NCBI GenBank assembly: GCA_963667465.2
Contig: CAXXDN010000002.1
Location: forward strand, 1,696,001 to 1,760,000
Length of the DNA: 64,000 nt
Reading direction: 5' to 3'
Origin: Dehalococcoidia bacterium
GTDB lineage: Bacteria; Chloroflexota; Dehalococcoidia; UBA2979
Shown: positions 26,183 through 36,221 of the stretch, piece by piece
Layout of the letters: each line of letters starts with the position of its first letter
How positions within the stretch are numbered: position 1 is the stretch's first letter
Program-made: the position numbers and the translations under genes
Notes under the pieces: model-generated
Told to the model about the DNA's origin: nothing
Databases searched by the model: none
What the model saw: the letters and a program-made list of their open reading frames with translations, nothing else

Positions 26183-27015
26183 GGTCGAGCCTCCTCAACA
26201 GGAGCAAGCCGCCCCACGTTCACGCGGAGATTCCAACGCGAGACGATCCGGCCTTCCCGCGGGCCGGCAGGATCGAGCCAGCTCAAGCCACGAGTGATCC
26301 GGCTGTGACACGCGCCGATGAAGCTCGTGTCCGCAAGCTGCTGCCGCTCCACCAGGTACCCGAGCCGCTTGAAGACGGTACCGCGGCCCAGCCGGTCGCC
26401 GTACTCCAGGAGACGTGCTGGATCGGCACCGGCACTCTCGAAGTACGTGGTGAGGACTTCGGAGGCATGCAGCGCACCTCCCGCCGCACCCGGCACGTCG
26501 AGAACATCGATGATGGTGCGGTGTGGGTCGGACACATCGACAGCCACCTGTCGGCGCCAGACACGCCGCGTGCCGAACAGTGCCTCCCTGGGCACGCTCC
26601 GAATGGTGAAGTCCGTACCCTGAACCAACTGTCGAGTAGGCGTGACCTTCTTTCCAGCGACGACGTAGATGACGCTGAAGATCTGGTCCGTCAGCCCCCA
26701 GTGCTCTGCGGCGCTCCAACCTCCGATGTAACCTGGACTGAACAGGGTTGCGGCCACGATCCATGGATCTTCTCGCCACTCGCTCGGCTCGGAGGCCTCA
26801 AGCGGGACTGCGATGTACCAGCCTGGGCGCACACGCGAGAGCCAGCCGCCAGCAGCGAGCGCCGCGAGCAGACGGCGCGTGGGTCCGATCGCCGTACCGA
26901 GCACCGACGCTGCCCGAGTGGCGTTGAACGGACCAGGGAACCTCCGATGAAGCACGGCCAGCTGCGCTCGCCGCCGACGCCCGAGGCCGGCTGCCAAGCT
27001 GCCCTCGCGGTACAT
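26179..27015 (-). CDS. AbiEi type IV antitoxin
   Basis: N-terminal wHTH (GWLSRVRPGWY), YIGGWSAAEHWGLTDQ, SDPHRTIID, KRLGYL; GTGA-coupled to AbiEii. Confidence 0.85.
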   Translation of the reverse strand: MYREGSLAAGLGRRRRAQLAVLHRRFPGPFNATRAASVLGTAIGPTRRLLAALAAGGWLSRVRPGWYIAVPLEASEPSEWREDPWIVAATLFSPGYIGGWSAAEHWGLTDQIFSVIYVVAGKKVTPTRQLVQGTDFTIRSVPREALFGTRRVWRRQVAVDVSDPHRTIIDVLDVPGAAGGALHASEVLTTYFESAGADPARLLEYGDRLGRGTVFKRLGYLVERQQLADTSFIGACHSRITRGLSWLDPAGPREGRIVSRWNLRVNVGRLAPVEEARP

Positions 27016-27317
27016 CGTGACTCGATTGTCTTCTGTAAGACTGGACACTTTGCCCTCGCAATGTAGGTCAGTATATCAGAGGACGTGACTTTTCTTCCAT
27101 AGAGTGGACTGTGGACTTTCAGTATACCGAGGCCCTCCTCCAGAACAGCGACCCGAGATCCCGACGCTCACCGCGAACGAGCTCGAATCGGGTAAGGATG
27201 CCGCCCACGGCGCTCTTCCGGCTCACCCCAGGAACTCCGGGCCCAGACATCGGCGAGGCGGTGATGTAATGTCGGTACTTATTGACATCGTCCAACGTAT
27301 CAAAGCACTATCGGACC

Positions 27318-27920
27318 ATGAGCAAAGCGGGCACGGAAGAGATCCTCGACCTCGTGCGAGAGGCCGGGCTGGTACGTCCGCGCGACCTCGAGTCGGCCGG
27401 CGTTCCGGGAGGCTCCCTCGCGCAACTGGCGCAGAGAGGTCTGCTGGAGAGGCTCGGCCGTGGCCTGTATGCGGTGCCCGGTGCCGCACCAAGTGAGCAC
27501 CGCTCGCTCGCGGAGGTCTCGAAGCGGACGCCACGAGCGGTAGTCTGCCTGCTCTCGGCACTGCGCTTTCACGGACTCACTACCCAGGCGCCGGCCGAGG
27601 TCTGGCTGGCGATCGGGCCAAAGGATCGGGCCCCGAGGGAGCACAGCGTGCACCTGCGGATCGTGCGCGCCTCGGGCGAGGCGCGCGATGCAGGCGTCGA
27701 GACACATGTCGTCGAGGGCGTGCCTGTCCGCGTCTACGGTGCGGCGAAGACCGTGGCGGACTGCTTCAAGTTCAGGAACAAGATTGGCACCGACATCGCT
27801 GTCGAGGCGCTGCGCGACTGCCTCGAACAGCGCCGCTGCACCGCCGACGAACTCTTCGAATACGCTCGCGTCTGCCGCGTCTCGCGCGTGATGCGCCCCT
27901 ACTTGGAGGCACTCGCATGA
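27318..27920 (+). CDS. Orphan AbiEi-family antitoxin
   Basis: LERLGRGLY, CLLSALRFHGLTTQ, KTVADCFKFRNKIG, RPYLEAL; no toxin gene downstream. Confidence 0.85.
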   Translation: MSKAGTEEILDLVREAGLVRPRDLESAGVPGGSLAQLAQRGLLERLGRGLYAVPGAAPSEHRSLAEVSKRTPRAVVCLLSALRFHGLTTQAPAEVWLAIGPKDRAPREHSVHLRIVRASGEARDAGVETHVVEGVPVRVYGAAKTVADCFKFRNKIGTDIAVEALRDCLEQRRCTADELFEYARVCRVSRVMRPYLEALA

Positions 27921-27939
27921 GTCCCGAGCTTCTGTGGTC

Positions 27940-28190
27940 CCTATCGACGCCCGGGCGGGACGCGCCTGATCGGGGGTTCCGAGACGAAGGCGTCTCCTTC
28001 GGGGCTCGCGACTGCCGCTTCAGCGCCGTGAGAGCCTCGATGAGTTCCGGGGCCTCGCACCGCCCGGCGTCTTCGACAGCGAGCTGGCATGCGCTCGCGA
28101 AGAACACGATCCAAAGGCTGACACCGGCGAGGGCCCGCTCGGAATCGGGCGCGCCTTCGTAGGGCGTCTCTGAGATGCCCCTACCAAGGG
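27940..28190 (-). pseudogene. Fic 3' relic with internal deletion
   Basis: Minus strand YEGAPDSERALAGVSLWIVFFASAC...EAPELIEALTALKRQ aligns by eye with the C-terminus of Fic at 32795-34066; ends approximate. Confidence 0.7.
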
Positions 28191-28227
28191 CGCTGACACC
28201 CTCCGAGACCGCCAACCGCGATTTCTC

Positions 28228-28310
28228 ACCACGGGAGGAAACAAGGCATGAAGCTCCGGTCGTGCGAAAAAGGGTGCGCCAGGCTGTATCTGGCGCTCTC
28301 ATTCTGAGGC
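28228..28310 (+). repeat. att-like repeat copy 2
   Basis: 36-bp core at 28248-28283, with ACCA exactly 20 nt upstream as in copy 1. Confidence 0.9.
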
Positions 28311-28486
28311 GCCGAGCTGCGCGGCGCTCCCGTAGTCCGAATCCTCGCGGGGCGACCCCGCCCGTTACCCTCTCCGGCAGACGGTGCCGCTCGTGGCGAG
28401 CGTGGCAGGGGTGGCGCACACCCGCGTGGATCCCTCTCCGGCTTGCTGCTCGTTCCTCCAGCGGGAGTACCGAGGAACATTGATAG

Positions 28487-31400
28487 TCACTCAAGGGGAG
28501 TAGAGCCCGTCGTCTCGGCATGACCTGCCTCGGACTCCGACTCGTCAGGTGGAGGCTCCGGTGGTTCTGGTTCAATCCCGAGAGCGTCAGCGAGTCTGCG
28601 CACCGCCTCAGAAACCTCTTCACCTTCTCCCGTTGGGTCCAAGGCCCTGCGCACCCGACTGCGGAAGTCTTGGACAGCGCTCCGGTCGCTGTGCTCCCCA
28701 AGAAGGTCCGGTGCCGAGCGGAACACGTCCGCGAGCCAACTGAGGCCGTTGGCATTGTTCTGGACAAGGAACGGTCGGCACACACGGTCGACGAAGCCGC
28801 GCTGCGTCAGCAAGAAGGCCTTTTCGGCGACGAGTCCGCCGTAGAGGTCGAAGAATGGCCTCGTCGCCGTTCCATCAGCCCCCTCGAGGGCCTCATACGC
28901 GCGGCGAGTCAGTAGATCCTCGTTCTCGTCACCCAGGACTTCCACTAGCTCGGGTAGAGACTCACTGATGCCGCTGTCGCCATCCGCGCTTACGGCCGCT
29001 TGAGCGTGTGACGTGAGGCCATCCAGATAGTCCGTTCCCAGCTCAATGGTCTCGCGGCGCCGGTGTAGTTCTAGGACTAAGGCAACGAGGTCATCGTTCT
29101 CCTTGAGCGACTCAGCCCAAGTTTCCGCTGCAACGGACCGCAGGCCGACAGCGCACCAGGCCGATAGCGCTTCATCATCACCGGCTCGCAGGATGGCCAA
29201 GTAGAGTGGAGCGCCACTTGGCTCGAACCGCCCAGTGACGATCAGTGCCGAAACATCGGTCCGTGACGGCAAGCCCCGCACGAATTCTTGGAATGCATCG
29301 GTAGCGTCGCCGTCTTCTGGATCTGGCAGATTCGACCGGATCTTGCCCCAATGCCCCTGGACAAACCCGGAATCGTTCACGGCTGGATCATCGTCGATCA
29401 GATCCCTGAAGGCCTCATTGAGCAACGTGGGTTCGGGTGGCTCCTCGTCGAGGATGCGCGCCAGCTCTGGTAGCCCTCCCTCTTGGCGGGCGATGGAAAC
29501 GAATTCGTCGAGCGCACCAGGCACGCTGTCCGGATTGCGCAACAACTCAAGAAGCGGCTCATGCCCGAGCGGCGAGTTGCCGATGTGTTGGTTCGGCTCC
29601 CGGGCGTCAGGAATCGACTGGAGGTACGCGAACGCGCATCTGGCCGTGGCCTCGGCGTGCGCCTCGGAGACAGCCTGATACAAGTGGTGGAGCAGGGATC
29701 CCTCCGTGGCAAGGCGCTCGTAGCTTGCGTTGTCGACGAGACCCGCAGAGCGGCAAGCTGTCAGCGCTCGCATCACCAGTGCGATCTGTTGAGCACCCAC
29801 TCCTTCGGCGTTCCGGACGCTGTCGAACAACTGGTTCGTGGTACGCGTGAGTGACCCTGTAGCCGGGGTGCGCAGGGTTACTTCGAGCAGCGAGATGATG
29901 TCGCTGTCAATCTGCTCCGGTGTGCTGCGCTCGGAGAGGGCAGTATCGATCTCTTCCGCTTCTATCAGCTCAAGCCGCTGCCACAGGCGTCCGCCCGGGT
30001 CGTCGCTCCGGAATTGCGGAGCGACTTCCAGCCATTGATCCGCGGACAGCGGTACTCGGAGTGCCGAAGCGACGCCGAGTTCGTCCAAGCCTCGAAGCAG
30101 GACGAACGCCGCACTCATCCACCCATGAGGGGACACTTGCGCGCCGGAGGGCTCCTCCTGCTCCTGTTGGACGCTAGCCGCAGCAACCGCGCTCAGGAGT
30201 TGCTCAGTGAACGAGGTCTCGGTACCGGCAACCCGGCAGAGCGAGACCAATCCCCCGGCGGCCTCCTCGGTGAACGGCTGCCACGCCCTTACTGCGACTG
30301 CAGCCGCGCTAACACGCTCCAGAACCGATGCTGCTTCCCGGCGCTGCGGCGGAGCCGAGTCTCCGAAGAGCCCGCTCGTGTCTAGCGCCGTCGCTGCCCG
30401 CGCGAAGTCTTGCGGCCCTACGTCACCCCATTCTCCGGCGCCAGCCGGGACCGAGTCTTCGAAGACGGCCCAGAATCCGTCGCCATGAGCGGCTTCCAGT
30501 GCGCGCAGTGCTTCGCCGTCAGCAGCGCTGAGGGCGGTCTCGATCGGGTCTCTGAGGACCATCTCTCTGGCTTGCCTGATTGGAGCATTGAAGTAGAGGA
30601 CTGCCAGGGTGTCCCGCCACCCGTCCCCAAGCAATTCCTCCGCGAACAAGGCGTCTTCGTTTCCTGCCGCGGAGCGAAGTGCTGTCTCCGCAACTTCATC
30701 ACGCTGGAGCAGCACGAAGCAGGCGAGGTCCGAGAGCGTAAGCCCGTCTGCGTGCTGCCACTGCCGATGGACCGCGCCGAGCTCATTGACGAACAACTTC
30801 AGATCGCGCGGTTTCGGTTTCGCAGCCTCGAGTCCGCTGCGCAATGCGAAGGCGCGGTAGACACCGTGGAAGTCCTCCTCCGAGTGCTCCGGCAAGGCCT
30901 CGGCGAGGGCCGCGCTGAGGTAGTTGCGCCAGTTCGATATGGCTGGAGGTGGGATTCGGAAGCGGATCTGGAAGGTCTTGTCGAGGAAGGACTGGGCGAC
31001 CGCACCCTCGCGCTCACCCGTGATGCCGTCGCCCCATAGACTCAGGATGCCGGTACGGTCGAACGGGACGAGTACCCAGAGTCGGCGAAACCACTTTGGG
31101 CGTTCGTGCTCGCTGTACTGCAGGAAGGTCTGTAGGGTCGACCATACGGCCAGCGCGTTTTCGGGATCCACGCGATCGAGGTTATCAATCGCCAACACCA
31201 ACTGACGTTCCCCCTCGTCTTCAAGGGCCTCGTCGCAGAGATCCCGGAAGATGGATTCGAACTCCACGGAGGTGGGATCGTGCGTCTCAGTGACCAATGT
31301 CCGGCTCTCCGTAGTGGATTGGCCCGTTACCAATGCGGGCAATCCGCCTGAGTGGTCGTCAGCCGCCTTCGCCCCGCATTCGCCACGGCGGCGCACCCAT

Positions 31401-31993
31401 CGGTGAATCCCGGCCGCCGTAAGAACGAGAAGCGGGGCCAGAACCCCAACGAGACCAATCCCGAGGAACCGGGCCGCGCCGACAGTTGATGGGTTCTCAG
31501 CAGTGAGCGCCGTCGCGCCTGCCGCGATCAGGGCCGATCCGGTTGGGATCGCAAGTAGCGAGAGCGCGAAGGCGATCCCGTACCGGGTAAGCTGCGGAAT
31601 CACGCGCTGAGTCTCTTCGCGCCGTCGCTTCGTCAGGTGCTCAACGCGCTTATCCCAGTTGTCACGATGGACCCAGCCAGCGTCCTGCATATGCCGGATG
31701 AGCTTCTCAAGGAACGTCCGCCGAAGAGGGTCTCCCTGGTGTGCCCACACGTCGAATACGGCAACACGCGTGTTCCCCGCACCGCCTTCTTCGAGCCTTT
31801 GGGTGACAAGCGTCACGACCGTGGACTTGCCTGCACCCCAGCCTCCTTCGAGACCGATGGCCTTGCCGCCACCCTCGTGGCGAACAAGATCAGCGATGGC
31901 CGTGGCGAGTCGGTCGTGCGGACCACCGAACGTGTCCTCAGCAGCGGGCTCATCAGAAAGAAGCCGTGTGCGGCAGTGGTTCGAGTCGGTCAC
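28487..31993 (-). CDS. KAP-family P-loop NTPase with TM insert and long C-terminal helical region
   Basis: LLSDEP, Walker A GGWGAGKS, FDVWAHQGDPLRR, two TMs, Walker B LVLAIDNLDR, FLDKTF, PRDLK. Confidence 0.9.
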   Translation of the reverse strand: MTDSNHCRTRLLSDEPAAEDTFGGPHDRLATAIADLVRHEGGGKAIGLEGGWGAGKSTVVTLVTQRLEEGGAGNTRVAVFDVWAHQGDPLRRTFLEKLIRHMQDAGWVHRDNWDKRVEHLTKRRREETQRVIPQLTRYGIAFALSLLAIPTGSALIAAGATALTAENPSTVGAARFLGIGLVGVLAPLLVLTAAGIHRWVRRRGECGAKAADDHSGGLPALVTGQSTTESRTLVTETHDPTSVEFESIFRDLCDEALEDEGERQLVLAIDNLDRVDPENALAVWSTLQTFLQYSEHERPKWFRRLWVLVPFDRTGILSLWGDGITGEREGAVAQSFLDKTFQIRFRIPPPAISNWRNYLSAALAEALPEHSEEDFHGVYRAFALRSGLEAAKPKPRDLKLFVNELGAVHRQWQHADGLTLSDLACFVLLQRDEVAETALRSAAGNEDALFAEELLGDGWRDTLAVLYFNAPIRQAREMVLRDPIETALSAADGEALRALEAAHGDGFWAVFEDSVPAGAGEWGDVGPQDFARAATALDTSGLFGDSAPPQRREAASVLERVSAAAVAVRAWQPFTEEAAGGLVSLCRVAGTETSFTEQLLSAVAAASVQQEQEEPSGAQVSPHGWMSAAFVLLRGLDELGVASALRVPLSADQWLEVAPQFRSDDPGGRLWQRLELIEAEEIDTALSERSTPEQIDSDIISLLEVTLRTPATGSLTRTTNQLFDSVRNAEGVGAQQIALVMRALTACRSAGLVDNASYERLATEGSLLHHLYQAVSEAHAEATARCAFAYLQSIPDAREPNQHIGNSPLGHEPLLELLRNPDSVPGALDEFVSIARQEGGLPELARILDEEPPEPTLLNEAFRDLIDDDPAVNDSGFVQGHWGKIRSNLPDPEDGDATDAFQEFVRGLPSRTDVSALIVTGRFEPSGAPLYLAILRAGDDEALSAWCAVGLRSVAAETWAESLKENDDLVALVLELHRRRETIELGTDYLDGLTSHAQAAVSADGDSGISESLPELVEVLGDENEDLLTRRAYEALEGADGTATRPFFDLYGGLVAEKAFLLTQRGFVDRVCRPFLVQNNANGLSWLADVFRSAPDLLGEHSDRSAVQDFRSRVRRALDPTGEGEEVSEAVRRLADALGIEPEPPEPPPDESESEAGHAETTGSTPLE

Positions 31994-32231
31994 AGGCGGC
32001 AACTCGATACCCGGCTTAAGAAGAAGGAGACATCGCCGAACGTCGAGGGCATGGATCCCCCTGTGGTGCCACGGTGGGGAGGCCTGGCTCAAGGATACTT
32101 GGAGAGGCAGCAATGCGGGCGCGAGCGAAGCGCACCCGAACCCCTACGGCGCGCCCTATGGTCGCCCTCCGGGCGCCAACCCGTGGCGTCAGCCAGTTCC
32201 GCCACATCCGCCCGAACGCTCCCGACACAAC

Positions 32232-32257
32232 GCGAGCGGCGCCGTCGGGCCGCTCGC
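32232..32257 (-). terminator. Possible terminator hairpin
   Basis: GCGAGCGGC-N8-GCCGCTCGC directly after the stop of 32258-32464; weak U tract. Confidence 0.35.
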
Positions 32258-32464
32258 TCAGTTGCTGGTGCGGGGCAGCTTGGCGGGCAGCACTTCACGT
32301 AAGTGATTGAGCCGCTTCATCAGCAGGTCATCCCCGATGCTGTTGTAGTCGCGCGCTGCTGCAAGATCGCGGTACTCACGCCACAGCATGGTGTCGGCGA
32401 GCCTGTCGAGTGCTTCGGCGATATGAAACAAATGAAGATTGTTAGACTCGTCGAGATTCGTCAT
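32258..32464 (-). CDS. Small hypothetical protein (68 aa)
   Basis: AGGAAAGG RBS before ATG at 32464. Confidence 0.5.
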   Translation of the reverse strand: MTNLDESNNLHLFHIAEALDRLADTMLWREYRDLAAARDYNSIGDDLLMKRLNHLREVLPAKLPRTSN

Positions 32465-32794
32465 CTGCGCGTCCTTTCCTGACCGCGTAGACTCTCGCAC
32501 GCCACCCCGCAGCGGCACAACTGCGCACGTCGCCCCGGGATAGTTTCCATTCACTTCCCGATGCCCTAATCCCGTCGCTGGTAACCCGTCGCCCTTGGCG
32601 ACGAGTGGCGTGATGGCCCGGTTGACGTACGGGCTGATAGGTCTTTCTGGATGCGGTGGCCCTCGGGTCGCCCCGTCTCCTGCGACCCGAGCTCGCGTAG
32701 CGGGATCCCAGCGGGTCGTGCAGGCGACCCTAACCTCCGATAGCACGGCTCCATATAGGAGGTTATCTGGTAACATTCAGCACGAGAGGTTGAT

Positions 32795-34066
32795 ATGGCT
32801 GGCTACGAGCGCCGACAGTGGCAGGGGAGCCCGACCGGGCAGACCTACCGCGAGCGGCGGCCCTGCAACTACGACACATACCTGCCGGATCCGCTCGCCG
32901 GCCGCGACTTCGCGCTCTCGGGCGAGGTAACCGCGGATGTCGCCGCGGCCGAGGCCGCGCTCGTGCGTCTCGATGAATCGGCTACCGCGCTCGCCGGCAC
33001 CCGCTCCCTCGCCCGACTGATCCTGCGCGCCGAATCTGTCGCGTCGTCTCGCATCGAAGGACTGGTGGTCGGGGGCCGGCGGCTGCTCCGTGCCGATGCG
33101 GCGCGCCGTCTCGGCAATGACCCGCGGGATCGTACGGCCGAGGAGGTGCTGGCCAACATCGACGCAATGTCGATGGGCGTCGAGACCGTGGGGCCGGGCG
33201 ACCCGATTGAGCCGGCTGTCCTGCTGGAGATGCACCGCCTGCTGCTCGCCGGCACGCCGCTTGAGGAGCACGGCGGGCGACTGCGAGACCAGCAGAACTG
33301 GATCGGAGGCTCCGGGTACAACCCGTGCGCCGCGGCGTTCGTACCGCCACCCCCCGAGATCGTGGAGGACCTGTTCGATGACCTCTGCGCCTTCGCCAGC
33401 GCCGATGCGTGGCCACCGCTGGTCCAGGCAGCGATCACGCACGCGCAGTTCGAGACCATCCACCCGTTCGTGGACGGCAACGGACGCGTGGGCCGTGCCC
33501 TGATCCATCTGGTGCTGCGGCGCCGCGGCCTGGGCCTCCGCGTCCAACCGCCCATCTCACTGGTGCTGGCGACATGGTCTTCGGCCTACGTGTCCGGCCT
33601 GACCGCGACGCGCTACGTCGGGCCGCCCGACAGCGCCGAAGCGCGAGACGGCTTCGACCGCTGGGTCGCGCTCGCCGCCGAAGCCTGCCTGCGTGCCGCG
33701 GGCGACGCTGCGCGCTTCGAGGAGCGGGTGCAGGCGCTCCAGGCGGAATGGCTCGAGCGAGCCGGTCCCGCGCGGCGCGACTCGGCGCTCCGCCTGCTCA
33801 TCGACACGCTCCCCGAGGCGCCCGTTCTGACCGCGTCCGTCGCCGCGGATCTCATCGGCCGCTCGCAGCGAGCGACGAGCCAGGCGATGGACCAACTGGT
33901 GCGCGCGGGGATCCTGGTCCAGATCACAGTCGGCCGACGCAATCGGGCGTTCGAGGCGCCCGAACTCATCGATGCGTTCACAGCATTCGAGCGAGGTCTC
34001 GCGAGCCCGGAGGGCGATACGGCCATCGCGGATCCCTCACGCCCTGTGCCCCAGCGGCCGAACTGA
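32795..34066 (+). CDS. fic: Fic-family protein with C-terminal HTH
   Basis: Canonical HPFVDGNGRVGR; ESVASSRIEG inhibitory-type motif. Confidence 0.95.
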   Translation: MAGYERRQWQGSPTGQTYRERRPCNYDTYLPDPLAGRDFALSGEVTADVAAAEAALVRLDESATALAGTRSLARLILRAESVASSRIEGLVVGGRRLLRADAARRLGNDPRDRTAEEVLANIDAMSMGVETVGPGDPIEPAVLLEMHRLLLAGTPLEEHGGRLRDQQNWIGGSGYNPCAAAFVPPPPEIVEDLFDDLCAFASADAWPPLVQAAITHAQFETIHPFVDGNGRVGRALIHLVLRRRGLGLRVQPPISLVLATWSSAYVSGLTATRYVGPPDSAEARDGFDRWVALAAEACLRAAGDAARFEERVQALQAEWLERAGPARRDSALRLLIDTLPEAPVLTASVAADLIGRSQRATSQAMDQLVRAGILVQITVGRRNRAFEAPELIDAFTAFERGLASPEGDTAIADPSRPVPQRPN

Positions 34067-34108
34067 GCACGATTGCCTCGCCCCCAGAGCACCGAGGGCC
34101 GGTTTCTC

Positions 34109-34228
34109 ACCACTCGAACAAGAGGGGTATGAAGCTCCGGTCGTGCGAAAAAGGGTGCGCCAGGTTGTCTCTGACGCTGGCGTTCTGAGGCCCGTCGCAC
34201 GCGGCGCCTATGATCGGTCCTCGAGCGC
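34109..34228 (+). repeat. att-like repeat copy 3
   Basis: 36-bp core at 34129-34164; similarity to copy 1 continues to ATGATC.GTCCTCG. Confidence 0.9.
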
Positions 34229-34631
34229 TATCTCACCGCTGGCCGGGCTTCGCGATCGGGTCGGCGAAGCCGGCTGACGTAGTCCGCATCGGCAGTGACT
34301 ACCGGTGACGACGCCGCGCCTTCGAGGAGCTGGACCCGCAGGCGCTGGCAATCCTGGTCCTTGCGGATCAATTGACTGGCGTACTCGCTCGACGAGCTAT
34401 AGCCACGGTCGCTGCTCAGGACGCAACGCTAGCAAATTCTGGCAAGACGCCGCGCCACCCTAGGTCAGAAGGGCCGTCCAAGACCGCTACGGTATCCAGA
34501 CGAGGCTCCGGTAGTGGATGGAACGGTGGACGGCTCACCAGCTCCGTGCCCGTGCTGCAACTTGTGATCGCCATGTGATGTAATGTGGGATATCTACTGG
34601 TACACTCTGTTCGCACGGAGGAGGTGGCTGA

Positions 34632-35024
34632 GTGACATCGACACCCGTTGCCCGCCCGGACTACGAAGCTCATGTGCGTGCCACCCGCTCGACGTTCCCC
34701 GAAGTAGTTCGCGAGGTACGCGATATCCTCGGCCCGAGGCTCTGCGCGTACCTGGGCTCGGTCAAGGAAACGCGCGCTGTCCACCAGTGGGCGGACGGTT
34801 CGCGCAAGCCGAACGCCGATGTCCAACGGCGGCTGCGCACCGCGCTGCAGGCTGCCGCCCCGATCGCCGCCGCGGACTCGGCCGCCATCGCGCAGGCCTG
34901 GTTCCAGGGGCTCAACCCGCAACTTGACGACCGCTCCCCGCTGCGCCTGCTCCGCGAAGGCGATCTCGACGAGGTGGGCCCCGAGGTGATCGGCGCCGTG
35001 CGCGCCTTTCTGGCGGGCGGATGA
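34632..35024 (+). CDS. Xre/MbcA-like antitoxin
   Basis: HTH region then AQAWFQGLNPQLDDRSPLRLL; ATGA-coupled to the RES gene. Confidence 0.8.
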   Translation: MTSTPVARPDYEAHVRATRSTFPEVVREVRDILGPRLCAYLGSVKETRAVHQWADGSRKPNADVQRRLRTALQAAAPIAAADSAAIAQAWFQGLNPQLDDRSPLRLLREGDLDEVGPEVIGAVRAFLAGG

Positions 35025-35708
35025 GTTGCGATCTGGAAACCGTAGCCCCCGCCGGTCCGGTTTTCCGCCTCGCCCGCGCTCCCGAACCCTGGTCATGGCC
35101 CGACTGGAGCCAGGCGAGTCTCGACGGGACCTTCGGCAACCGCTGGGACGATCTGGAGGGAGCGTACCGCGTCCTCTATGCCAGTTCGACCCGCTTCGGT
35201 GCACTGCTCGAGACGCTTGCCCGGTTCCGCCCGGACCTCGCCGTCATCGCAGGGCTCAGTGAGATCGCCGGTCGGGACGACCCGATTGCAGCGGGGACGG
35301 TTCCCAGGGAGTGGTTCGACAACCGGCTCATGGGTGTGGCCGAACTCATCGGAACCTACGCGGACATCGGCGCGGCCGCGTCGCTCTCGTTAGTACGCGC
35401 GCCTCGCGGGCAGAGCGATTCATCATGGCCTAACGGACATCGATGCAGCCGCGATTCGCCTCACAGCTCCCCGTGGCTTCACCCAGGACGTCTCGCGGCT
35501 CATCTACGAGTGCCGCACTGCCGGAGCCGAACCGCTCGCCGGCATCCGTTACCACTCTCGCCTCGACGACAGTACATCCAACTGGGCCGTCTTCGAGCCG
35601 GCCTCAGGCTCGCCCGAGCCGCTCCACCTGCTCGATGCCGAACCGGTCCAGCCCGACGATCCCCACGTGACTCACGCACTCGAGGTCTTGGGGCTCCAGA
35701 TCGCGTGA
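35021..35708 (+). pseudogene. RES-domain toxin, frameshifted near 35400
   Basis: GNRWDD...YRVLYAS...LLETLA in one frame; GIRYHSRLDD...NWAVFE continues in another frame to TGA 35706-35708. Confidence 0.8.
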
Positions 35709-35779
35709 CCCCAACTGAGTCCAGATCGTCGTCACCGCCGGCGACAAGAAAGCCGTCACACACGGGCGGGCCGCGACAG

Positions 35780-35900
35780 CACGGATACCGAACTCCTGGC
35801 TCACGCGGTCCCACACGCGCCTAATCGCCGCCCGCACCGCTCCTGGCCTATCCTCAAGAACCGTGAATTCGCGGTCTTCCGAGAACCGATACCGGAGGAC
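35780..35900 (-). pseudogene. AbiEii fragment
   Basis: YRFSEDREFTVLE...DRVSQEFGI matches YRFSEDLDFTVLE...DRVSQESGI of 24974-26182. Confidence 0.7.
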
Positions 35901-35984
35901 GCGCCTTTTCTGCCCAGGGGGAAAGATCCGAGCCGCCGCATACCGGGCGCCGGGGGGACGCGCTCTGAGACGAGCGTTTCCCTG

Positions 35985-36065
35985 CTCGTCCAGTTGCCGC
36001 TCCCGTGCCTTGATCGTCTCGATGAGCTCGGGGCCTCGAACGCACGGTTGCACGGTCCGAACGTC
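35985..36065 (-). pseudogene. Fic 3' relic
   Basis: NRAFEAP / ELIETIKARERQL (frameshifted) versus NRAFEAPELIDAFTAFERGL in intact Fic. Confidence 0.6.
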
Positions 36066-36221
36066 ATCTGCGTGAGAATTCCAGCTCCACGGCCGCTCGC
36101 CCGGCTCGTCGCCTAGAACGGCCGCCCGATTGGTCGGCCTTCTCGCGTCGCACCCAGTATCTCCCGCCGTGACCCTCATTCCGCCACGGTTGCTGACGTG
36201 GTGATACCACGCTAGACTCGC

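Noticed and set aside
28226-28480. Minus-strand peptide LAHPFSHDRSF shared by the three repeats as a real small protein or Fic motif
   Set aside because: The core is identical at DNA level including third positions, no consistent start or RBS is seen, and it does not match HPFxDGNGR; conservation is better explained by a DNA site.
19251-34164. 36-bp identical repeats as a CRISPR array
   Set aside because: Copies are 6-9 kb apart with genes between them, and no cas genes are present.
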